Source: Camelus ferus
Taxonomy: Eukaryota
Direction: 5' to 3'
Length of the DNA: 64,000 nucleotides
Assembly (NCBI RefSeq): GCF_009834535.1
Contig: NC_045696.1
Coordinates: forward strand, 66,714,001-66,778,000
The position numbers and the translations under genes were made by a program. Shown here one piece after another: positions 27,601-38,749 of this stretch (position 1 is the stretch's first letter; the number at the start of each line of letters is the position of its first letter). The notes below the pieces were generated by a model. The model made no database searches. It was not told where the DNA came from and saw only the letters and a program-made list of their open reading frames with translations.

Positions 27601-30600
27601 ACAACCAGATGCAGCTGAGGCCCACCAAGACTTTGGGAAAATTACCTACTCTGAGGATGGCTGGGTCTTAAAAAAAAAGAGTTTAAACCTATGCCAATGC
27701 TTAAATACATCAACGACACTTCTGGCCTTCTGCATGAATTTGGGTTGATTAAAATAAAGAAAAAATAATAAAATACACTAAAAGACAACCATTATTTACT
27801 ATCAGAAAATTCTAGGTGTACATCTAGTTAATAGTTCTTTTTTTCCAAAGGGTTCAAAGAATACATGAGGTGAAAGCTGAGGTCTGTACTAACTTAAATG
27901 ACCTAAAATATTTGACAAGAAAAAAAAGGGGGCAAGCTCAAAAGCTGTCACAGCTCCACTCACCCACGTTCAGCAAACATCAAGTACAAAAAGCCTGTCT
28001 TAATTGAGACAAAGCTATTCAGGGACTTGTTTGTTTGTTTGTTTGTTTTTCCTATTCTAAACTGTATTCTTGGGAAACGCCTAATTAAAAGGCCCTTTTC
28101 TGAAGGCAAGAAGGGTGATGAAATCAATAATTGGAATCGGTAGGAAAGAAAATCACACAAAACAGATGGGGTATTCAGAGAGGGCAAAATTAAGTTCTGG
28201 CAACTGACTTGGTTGGGGAAAGATTGCTAAGGGGGGTAAATGAGATACTTGGAAATAAAAATATTAGGGTCAAAACAAAATTTTTGATCAAGAGGCTTTA
28301 GAAAGTTAACGACAAATATCCAAGTCCCCTAAAATACAGAAAGAGTCTTACATGGAAAGACCTAGACACAGCTTTGGTGTGAGGAGCTTAACAAAATCTA
28401 CTGACTAATCTTACTGCATGTAGCTGTACAGGCTGACTACATGCTACATTCCGGATTTGTTCTCTACCAATAAACCCACTCGAGAAACCTCATATACTTC
28501 ATATCTCGGAAAAACGTCTTCAAATTTTTTTGATAATTAGAAAGGGGTCACTTCAAAGGTTTTAGTGAAGTCAATGTACTCTAAACAAACATCAGGCTAA
28601 CAGTCTCTGACGGCTCTGACGTACGGCGTACCAGCACAGCAAAAACGAACAGAGGGAGTGAACGCAGGCGTGTGGTTTGGGGGTGGGATACGGGTGCTCT
28701 TGTGAGAAGTCAACTTTAAAAGGTCAGGCGGACAACCAAAAGATCATTCAACAGCCAACTATTTATCCTTCCTGTGACTGGACCACAGTTTTATCACCCC
28801 ATTTCTAAGCTGCACGTGTACAATGCACCTAGAGAATTGAGGACAAGAAGTCAAGAGGGCAGGGCTCTGGTCTTCCACCTGCATAATGAATTCCTGCATC
28901 GTCTTAGGCAAATCATTTCCCCTCTTGGGCTCCAACTTCTTCATTCACAACGAAGGCGTTCCACTTAGGACTGAATCTGCTTCAAAGGAAGGGAAATCTG
29001 CGGAGTGAGTGTGTACACAGGCCCTACTGGATCTCTCCTCAGGATCAGGCAGGAGGATGTCCCAAAAGTGGCCCCACAGTCGTCTGGCCTGGTATTCACT
29101 TCTCCTCCCCGTCTCCCTTCCTGCCACAGTCGTCTAGCTGCCAGACATGTATGAATTGTGTTCTTAATAGTTTAAAAAAAAAATCCTTCCTCCAAGCACT
29201 TTTCTTGATGGCCCCAGCCAAAGGGCCGCCTGTTGCCACCTGTCAGTTGTGGGGATTAATTACCTGAGCCCAGGCTGGGAGCGGCACATTCTTCCTGGGG
29301 CCGCGCCCACAGATGTTGACATCCAGCAGGTGGGCTGTCTGCTACCCGCTTACGGTGAAGACCAGCCGGGAGCCCAAGGGGCCTAGCAGGTGGGAGTCAG
29401 TGGGGTGCGGCGGGGGCGGGGGGCCCTCAGACTGCACCACAAAGCAGCACGATCTTGGCAGAGAGGAATGTGCCCTGAGACCTCTCCGGGAGACCACAGG
29501 CAGCTCTGTGGCCAGCCCTGCGCATCAGCCTGGCCCAGAGGCAGCTGCAGCCTCCCTGCTGGAGGACAGCACATGGGCACTGACTTTGGGATGGGATGGG
29601 GGTGAAGCCTGCCAGCCTCATCCTAGCTGCCTGCGGGTATGGCTTTAGAAAGTCAGTTGAAAAAGATGTGACAGTCCCGATTGGTAATTTTGCAACTTTC
29701 TCTCCCCAGGAGGATAAAAAGACCTTTCATTTAGCGCCTTGTGTTGCTGCTATCCCCTGCCAACCCTGCCTGACCAGTAACAGCATTCACGGTTACCTTT
29801 GTGAAGCAGACACTGGAAGGCGTCTGTCAGAGGGACTGGTACCTAACAGGTACTCAACAAACGTGAGCTAACCTTTCATGTTTCCTGAAGTCACAACCAT
29901 CCTGAGAAGACTCCTCTAGTGAGATGACTCCTGCTGCACATGGGCGGAGACTGGGGCTCAAACATTTAGAGTGACACGCCAATAAATGACAGGACCGAGA
30001 ATGGACTTCAAGGAGTTTCTCTTCTCCATGCTGCTTAAACACCTGCAAACGAGCCTCCTGACTACCATGTCCCTCAAAAAACCAAACCTGCATGTCCCCC
30101 GGGGATACAGGAAGATGGAATTACCTGTGGAGTGAAAATCCTTCTAGCAGGAACCATGGTGGGCAGAGAATTCTTACCGCACTGGACAAACCTAGTTTCA
30201 GTCTCCAAGGTACAGATGAGGGAAGAGATTCCGAGGAAAGGTCACACCAGAAGTCAGCAAGGGGACAGAATTAGAGCCTGTGGCTCCTCACTTCTAACCT
30301 GGTGATCTTTTCACGGTAAAACCTTCCTACACCTCTTCTCTCCTAAACGGTGTGCGCTGGGCAGCCGGTTGGTGGGCACATCGGAGAGTCTCCTGGGCAC
30401 ATACACGCTGCCAGCAAGAGAGGATGATGCCAGCCACCAGGCTCCCTTCCACAGCAGCAGTGGCATGTCTGGTTGACCACAGCACTCTCCGGGGCACGGC
30501 TCTGGGTTTCAGCCTTCACTTGCCCTTAAGGGAGAGAAAGTGTCTTCCTTCCCGCTCCTGGTGACTCACTGTTCCCAACAGCCTGCAAAGCCCTGGGCTT

Positions 30601-32249
30601 CTACATCTGTCCTTCTCTCCCCTCGGGGCCCAAACCAGATGCCTTCCCCTCTCCTTCCTCAGCTCCCATCTTGGCATATTGACAAGGCAGCCTTGGGTCA
30701 CGAAGGCCCCACTCCTGCCCAGAGCTCAGGTCTCTGCCCACCAGGAAGGTGTCAGAGCCCCTGGTCCAGGACAAAGCCTCACACTGTGGGTCCTGAACTA
30801 GTGAGCATCCCCTCCTGGTGTCTGTCCCATCTTCAATCCCTGGATGCCAGAGTTGAAGGTGATCATCTACACCTCCACACACACTCTTGTGTTCTCTTTT
30901 AAAATGTCAAGATGCACAGTTCTTAAACCTCTAGTCCTAGTCCCTGATGAAGGCTATGTCTTCCCAGTGAACAGAAGCACATTCAGAACCTCCTGACTGG
31001 TGGATGCACTTATAGCCCTATCCCCACAGAACAGCCCAGGCACCCTCTGTAAGACAATACCAATCATATTTGTTCTGTTTGTTAGATTCATTGCTCATTG
31101 TGCAGTTTCATTGGCAAATTAACCCTAAAAGTGAACCCTCTATTCCAATCATTTGAATATATTTGGATGTGAGATACTCTTTTTTTCCTGGAAGGCTGAA
31201 TAGGCCAGTCTTGTGACAAGAGATGGGAGAATATGTCTAGATAGTACGGAGGGGAACAGCATCTGCTGATCTCCACAGATGACACGGTCACACCTCCATC
31301 TGCAGAGTTCTTCAGAGATTATGGAACACTTTCACACACAGTCTTTAATTCTAAGCTAGCATTCTATGAGAAAATCATCTTCATCCCCTTTTCATCAATG
31401 AAGAATCAGAGGCTCGAGTGGGTAAACTAGTTTGCTCACAACAACAGCAGGGAAGAAGACAAGGGCAAGCTTCTAATCTAGGTTTTAACTTCAGATCCAG
31501 GGCCCCTACTGTACATGTGCACACATCATACGGCGCACTGAATGCTACCTCCCGAAATACAAATAAATGCCTTTGCTATATTCAGGTTACTGTATTCCAT
31601 GCAAGGACAGGAGGGGCGGGGACCAAGCCCCTACCCTCCAGAAACTACCACTTGGGAAAGGTCAATATATATATAAATATTGCTAGCATAAACAGAATAT
31701 AAAATTGAGACACAATATAATGAAACAAAAAATATCGAAGTGTTTTCTGGCTTCAAGATCCCAGAAGGTTATTGAGAGGCCTTGAAAAAAAATTTTTTTT
31801 TCTACTTACAAGGAGGTAGGCTGATAAACATTGCAACAAATACCCTCTAAACCCTTACTGTGTGTGCTTCCATTCCTCATTTCTCTCTCTCTCTCTCACA
31901 TACACACAAACACACATACACACACACAGAGTTAAACTGTTTTTAGAACATCAAGAGTTTAATGGCTTTTTTCTTTTGGGAATTAAAAACACACACTTCA
32001 ATTCATTACTAAAATAACTATACAGCTTCCAATTTCAGGTTTTAATTAGTAGGCTGAATTATGACTAGACATCTCCAGTTTTGAGGATTACTGTCCAAAA
32101 AAGAAAAATCTAGAACCTGCACCTTTCAATGAATTGCAGCATTTGCCATCCCTAATGCTCAAATATTCTGAGTACTGAGGGCTGGGGATATGGCCTTGGG
32201 AAACAGGACCCATGTTTGATATATATATTAAAAAAAAACAAGCTAATAC

Positions 32250-33152
32250 CTACTGAACATGATTTAGTCCAGGCACTTTGCTAACTTCTTGATGTCTGAT
32301 ATTAGCTTCACAGTGACCTGTGAAGTAGACAGAATTACTCTCATTTGCCAGATAAGTGAGCTGAGACTCAGAAAAGTTAAATTGGATGTTAGGGTCTCCT
32401 ACGATGATTGTGTTCCCATCAATTTCTCCCTTTAAGTCTGTTAGCATTTGCTTTATGTATTAGGTGCTCATTATACAATAGCCAAGAGATGGAAGCAACC
32501 TAATGTTCATTAACAGATGACTGGATAAAGAAGCTGTGGTATATTTATACAATGGAATACTACTCAGCCATTAAAAAGAATAAAATAATGCCATTTGCAA
32601 CAACATGAATGGATCTGGAGATTGTCATTCAAAGTGAGGTAAGTCAGAAGGAGAAAGGAAAATACCATATGACATCACTCATATGTGGAATCTTAAAAAA
32701 AAAAAGAAAGAAAGAAAGAAAGAAAAAGAAGACACTAATTAACTCATCTAGAAAACAGAAACAGACTTGCAGACATAGTAAACAATCTTACAGTTACCAG
32801 GGAAAGGGGGTAGAAAGAGATAAATTTGGGAGTTTGAGATTTGCAAATGTTAGCCACTATATATAAAAGTAAATTAAAAAAAGCAAATTTCTTCTGTATA
32901 GCAGAGGGAATTATATTCAATATCTTGTAGTAACCTTTAATGAAAAAGAATTTGAAAATGAATATATACATACATGCATATGCATGACTGGGACATTGTG
33001 CTGTACACCAGAAATGGACACATTGTAACTGACTGTACTTCAACAACAAAAAAAGAAAGGTTATATATGTTGCCCAGTCTTTCAGAGCTACTGAGTGGAA
33101 GGGTCAGGTTCAACTCCAGGACCCCTGACGGCAGCGCCCTTGCTCCTAACCT
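32250..33152 (-). mobile_element. MIR split by the L1 insertion (halves about 32250-32382 and 33054-33152)
   Basis: ctcatttgccagataag...ctgagactcagaaaagttaa continues after the L1 as gttgcccag...gagctactgagtgg...tgctcctaacc. Confidence 0.7.
32383..33053 (+). mobile_element. 5'-inverted L1: antisense ORF2 endonuclease fragment (32383-32470) joined to a sense ORF2 end plus 3' UTR; inserted in a MIR
   Basis: The minus strand translates YIKQMLTDLKGEIDGNTIIVGD (L1 EN domain). The sense part is homologous to the L1 at about 21070-21640. Imperfect TSD agaaaagttaaat (32370-82) / agaaaggttatat (33054-66). Confidence 0.88.
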
Positions 33153-34341
33153 GCATGGCCACAGCTCGGAGCACTAGGGAAGCACTGATCTGACCTCCTG
33201 CAAGCCCTTGTGTAGTTGGCCAAGTGATGCCCGAGCCTGGGGGAATCCCTGCAGCGTCTGCAGACCAGTGCAGGGTCCCAGGAAGACGCCTGATGAACAG
33301 CAGCTCTCATCCTATCACCGAGCTTAGTCTCAGACATTATTTCCACTGCGCAGCTTTACTGCTAGACCAGCGACTGGCAGAAGTATTCTAGTGACCCAAA
33401 GGGTTTTCTAAACAAACTTCTAAAGGTTAATCTTTGACTCAAGTCCGAGTTGATGCCTAGGAAGATACCTTTCTGGGGTGAATCCAGAGACGAAGAAAAG
33501 AAAGTAGAGGCGGAGAGACAAAAACATTGGAAGCCGGTTTTATCACTACGACTGAAATCAATGAAGCTGGATTCTTCATTCGACTTCTGAGGCGCCTAAT
33601 GATGCATCATGTTTGATTACTTTTTCTGTGTGGAGGGAGCAGTTCCTCGTCTCATGCTTCTACCGAGAGTATTTAAACTGTAATCCTACTGTCCTGTCCT
33701 TCCAACAGGAACTAAGTCAGGTTAGAAAAGGGTTTTAAATCGCTCCATGGACGAGCACCAGCAACGATTGCTGAGAGTCGCTGTTACTCTGGTATTTATA
33801 TCCTTCCTCCCTTTCACCTCAGAGAAGCGGATGCCCAGGTATAAATATAATAGGACTTAAAAATAAGGGAAATGAGTAGCACATGGATTTCAAAACATAA
33901 ACAGAGGCCCTGCCTGCTGATCTCCTTGGACTCACTGTATTTTTATGACACTTTTTAAGGTGCTACAATGAACCTGCAGAAAGTTTGAGACTCTAGGGTT
34001 CCTTCAACTACCACTGTCCCAGAGTTTCCAACTGAACAATAATAAGATGAATTTCTCTCAAGGCTACGCCGCCTTATAGGCGAATTGTTGTGTTTCTTTA
34101 TTCCAGATAAGTACAGGAAGTCAACACGCTGAAATACTGAGAGCCTAGGAGCATTGTTAAGATACTGCCAAAAAGGAAAGGTGTAACTTAATAAATTGGA
34201 TCAGATTTGCTCTTTAATACCTTTAATCCAAGTCTTAAATGTTTGCTCTCCTCCCCCTTTTTAAATAAACCCGTAAGAACTAAACTAATTTTGAGATGTC
34301 TATTTCTTTTTTTTTTATTCTTTAACTTTCAATTTTCTTTT

Positions 34342-34343
<2 letters not shown>

Positions 34344-34372
<29 letters not shown>

Positions 34373-34447
34373 GATGGAGGTATTGGGGATTGAACCCAGG
34401 ACCTCATGCATGCTAAGCATTTGCTCTACCACTGAGCTACACCCTCT
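34344..34447 (-). mobile_element. Vic-1-type tRNA-derived SINE with long poly(A) tail
   Basis: Minus strand reads gagggtgtagctcagtggtagagcaaatgcttagcatgcatgaggtcctgggttcaatccccaatacctccatc(A)n. Confidence 0.9.
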
Positions 34448-35152
34448 GTTTCCATGGCTGATAATGAGGGACTATATAGGCCACTAACACGCACGTGTCT
34501 GCGTTTGCTGGGGGTGGGGGTAGGAGGTGGCGAGTGGGAAGAGATTTAAACAAACCTTTACCCCCACTTGCAACATCTCTTTAAAAGCTTATCATAATGT
34601 TACTTCCTATTTCTTTAGAGTTCACTTGTCTAAGATGGAAACATGCTTCATCTTGCTCCCCTTTTCTGCGTTCTTGATAGACTTAATATTCTGATTAGCC
34701 CCAGTGGACTAATATGCGTGAATGCAAAATAACTTGGCTATGCCTTGGATTGGCAGAGTATCTCTATTAAAATGTTGTTTATGTTATTTTAAAGTTATTA
34801 AAAAATAAAAAAAAAACCCCAAAACAATCCTGTTAAGAGCAGCTGCCTTTGCCCAACAAACTGAAACATAATCTGGAAGGAAAAGAGGAAGGAAACAGAC
34901 ATGACACTTGAAAAAAGAAGGAAGGAAGGAAGGAAGGCAGGGACGGAGGGCAAGGGGGAGGCAGGAAGGGAGGATGAAGAGAAGGAAGGAGGGAGAAAAG
35001 CAGGACGGGAGGCTGTGGAGGACAGTGTGACAGCTTAGCTTGTATTTAAACTCATGTAGCAAACTTTCGTCACCTCACTAATGCTGAACTCAGTCTAGTA
35101 AGAGGGATGAAAACTTCACTTCTGCTTAAAGAGTTGTTGTTTGAGCTGGGCA

Positions 35153-35362
35153 TAGGCTTGCCAGATACAATACAGTACACTCAGTAAGAATTTAATCTCA
35201 GAACCAAGAAATCATTTTTCAGCATAAGTACATCCCCAATATTGTATGAAATGTACTCATGCTAAAAAAAGTTGTTGTTTATCTGAAGTTCATATTTAAC
35301 TGGACATCTCAGATTTACGTTTGTTTGTTTTTGATTTTGTTTTGCTAAGTCTGGCAACCCTA
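35153..35362. mobile_element. MER53 palindromic hAT-type MITE
   Basis: TIRs taggcttgccaga ... tctggcaacccta; 8-bp TSD gctgggca (35145-52) / gctgggag (35363-70); central inverted repeat agcataagtacat / atgtactcatgct. Confidence 0.85.
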
Positions 35363-37499
35363 GCTGGGAGTTCTCTTAAATTTTTATTACTGAAGTTTTC
35401 AACTTTATTGAACCCCATTACCCATTACCTACCTTCCAGAGTTATTAGCATTTTGCCAATCTCATTTCAGGATGGAGGGGATTCTGACAGGCAGGAATGA
35501 GGGAAGAGAAAGAGGAAAACCTTGAACAGAAGGGAATAGAAGGAGACCAGGCAGTAGGGGTTGAAAACCAAAACAAAAACCTGATGCTCGGCTGCGGGGC
35601 AGAGTCTACATTTGGAATCACAGCCTGCGGTGAAGGACACAACCCCCCGCAAGGTAGAAGGCTGGCTGTCCCGTGTAGCAAAGCAGTGTGTAATCTCAAG
35701 GAAAGTTATATAACTCTTTGATTGAGAAGTGAGGGTAATACTCGCCAACCCAACTTGACAGGTTTGTTATAAGGATTAAATGCGATAATGTATACATGTG
35801 TGTGTTGAAAAATATAAAGCATTTTATAAACAGAAAGTCATTACTGTTATTAGTGGGAGAATGGGCCAAAAAGGAACACTTTGATCAGAGTGTGACCTGC
35901 TTAGAGGTCAGTGTGCAGTCACCAACGACGGGCCATCTGCAATCCTTGATCTGAGCTGTGTGTTAGGAAGATCCTTCTGTCTGACTGTGAAGAGGAAGAG
36001 TTGGGAGGAGCAGAGATGGGGCCAACTACACTAGCTGAACCAAGGCATGCGGTTTTGCTGCGGGACAGGGGCACTGAGAACAGGCATGAGGGATGTTGCC
36101 AAAACCATTATCAGCAAGATGCCATTGCTGATGACTCTGGGGGGAGTGAGAGCAGGGGTGGTGATGTCCATAGGCTAACTGATGTCATTTTTACAGGTCA
36201 CAGGGCAAAAATTGTTCGGTTTGTCCAACCCTAGAAGGAATATACTTTCCAATCGCCGACTAGTCTCAGTACTAGAAGGTATTTTCTAAACAATTCCATT
36301 TCTCCTTGTTGAAACTGCTGTTAATAAATGTTGGTGACTCTTGCAAACCTCTGACACTTCGGACACATTCAGTTTCATATTCTACGCCAACAGAAATATG
36401 AAAATCTCCTCTTAAAAGAGGGATTCCTGACACTCTGAGCTGCACATGTACATTTGATTTATCACCTCAGAAGAACAAAGAAAAAATAACTCTTCTTCCA
36501 AAATTGACATTTTCCTAAGTGTGGACAGAACTAAGAGTGAAATCTCTTGAAAACAGCAAATACTCATGGAAATAAAGTGTTATCCAATCAATCAAAGAAA
36601 CGTGCATTCTGAGCACCTCCTTCCAAGATACAGCTGCTGACAGTCACATCTGACAAGCAAGCCAAACTCCTCCTCATCCATTTCTAGGAAACATCTTATA
36701 ATGGTTTGAACCTAGATTTGCTCTGGTTACAAGCAAGCAGCTGCTAACAGAATGGAAAGTAAACATTCAGTATTAATGTACTGCAACGCTTTCCCTCTGC
36801 TCATTGTATCTGAGACACCAGGCGCCTGGTGTACTATACCCTACAGACAACATTTCCACTTATTTTATCTTACTGGCCACCTGATTTATTTCCAGTTAGG
36901 ACTTAGACCAAAAAAAGAAGTTCAAGTTATTCTCAATCGGAGGACTAAGGGGAGAGAGCTGTTAGCATTAGGAGTTGAAATTTATCAAAACTAACCATCA
37001 GTCTGTATTCTCTCAAAGTATATACATCACCTGGTATGTAGCTTCCTAAACTATTCAGAATCTGAGAATGCAAAGCTCAAAGCAACTTAACTCATAAACC
37101 CTATAACTCTTCATGTGTGGAACCCCAGTCTGGGCACAAGACAGGATGCCACTCAGGTCACAGGGCATCAGGAACGTATCAGATTAAGAACTTGGGTTCT
37201 CTGTCTGACAGGACTCCTTTCATGGGACCAGACCACCATCTCTATCCCAATCAAGATTAAAATATTTTAAAATGCAGGATTCAGTTCTCAAAGTTGAAAA
37301 CTGTGTATCCTTTAACAAGTTTAGCCAAAAAAAAAAAAAAAAGAAGAAAACAAAACCAGAAAAACAAATGTATGAAATCAACATCTACATATTTGTACAA
37401 AACATCAAAATATATGTGATTTTCTTCCAAAAAACGATCCAGCCTAAGCAGAGGTTCAGGTGCAGAGATTTAAGGATTGTGTTTCCAATGGAAAAAAGG

Positions 37500-38260
37500 G
37501 TGTGCTTGCTCTGTTCGGTGCACCAAACTCTCTCATCAAACCAGTTGGATTATGGTCTTAGTCACTATCATAAACGAAAGCAACCAGTCAGGTTTAGGAA
37601 CCCACAGCCCAGGCGCTGGAAGACTCTGTTCTGTGGGAACAGCAGCAGCGCAATAGGGGAGACCCACGCACAGAAAGGACACAGAAGAAGTGGTCTTTTA
37701 TTTTTGTTGTTTTTCAGTAGAAGCTCTAATGGAAAATCCCTGATTCAGACTCTTAGGAGCCAGAGCAATCCCATGCATTTGAATGGCACCAAGACCACTC
37801 CCCTCCCCCGCTGATCTTAGTAGCCAGTGGGTAAGCGTAAGACTCTATGTTTTCCAAATAGAATATTAATAAACCCCTCCCCAGGTCTCTCCTCTCCAAA
37901 ACTTCGAAAAAGAAAAGAAAAAAGAATCTGTCAGACTATCAAAGCATTGTCAGTGCCAGTAAAACACATCATTAAGGTGAGTAATTTTCCTGTTTACTTC
38001 AAACACTTTTTTTCCCAAACTCAAACCCGGGCAGGTCTGATCAGGTAAGGCTTTGGAACGAGTAAAAGCGTCCCCAATTTCTACATAAACGCTGCAGGCC
38101 ATGGGCAAGAACAAGTCTCAACTGAGCACTCCACAGTAGTCAAGCTTCCCGGCGCCTCCGGTCTTGTCTCCCTCATTCCTTACAAGTATCGTCATGTCTC
38201 CTAACCCTCAAAATCTGTTTTATCTGCAACATACATACACACATGCGCACACACATCCTA
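37500..38260. promoter_or_regulatory. Candidate keratinocyte/p63 autoregulatory enhancer (possible C40 orthologue)
   Basis: Apparently repeat-free block with AP-2 GCCATGGGC (38098-38106), perfect p53-family half-site GAACAAGTCT (38109-18), zero-spacer CWWG pair (38180-99), TEAD-like CATTCC and GRHL-like AACCAGTT (about 37539). Mid-intron-4 position. Motif-level evidence only. Confidence 0.5.
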
Positions 38261-38616
38261 CTTGTTTTCTTCTTTTTACCTGTAACTAATATATGCACAC
38301 ATTCTGAACAAAACTCCGCATTGATGCTTTATATCCTCTGTGTCTTTCAGAATAAAATACTTCCCACTTGAATTCATAGGTTCTTCACGTGAAGACAAAC
38401 GGCAGAGGGCAAAAGAATAATTCTTTTCTAATTGTTAAAATGTCTCTGGTTTTGGAATCAGGTGGAACAGAGAGCTAACTTCTTTTTTCTTTTCTTTCTT
38501 TCTTTCTTTTTTTTTTTTTTTTTTTAGGGAAACAGGTACTGTTATCTCAAACAAATGTTTTCAAGATCTACATTTTATGCAAATATACCTACTATGTAGT
38601 TAGTGTTTTCTTCCTT

Positions 38617-38618
38617 AA

Positions 38619-38674
<56 letters not shown>

Positions 38675-38675
38675 A

Positions 38676-38727
<52 letters not shown>

Positions 38728-38749
38728 AAAGAAGAAAGAAAAGAAAGAA
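38617..38749 (+). repeat. (GAAA)n tetranucleotide microsatellite, about 130 bp
   Basis: Directly visible, with a few interruptions. Confidence 0.98.

Noticed and set aside
37272..37814. 180-aa ORF on the plus strand
   Set aside because: Poly-Lys comes from an A-run; no recognisable homology; antisense in an intron.
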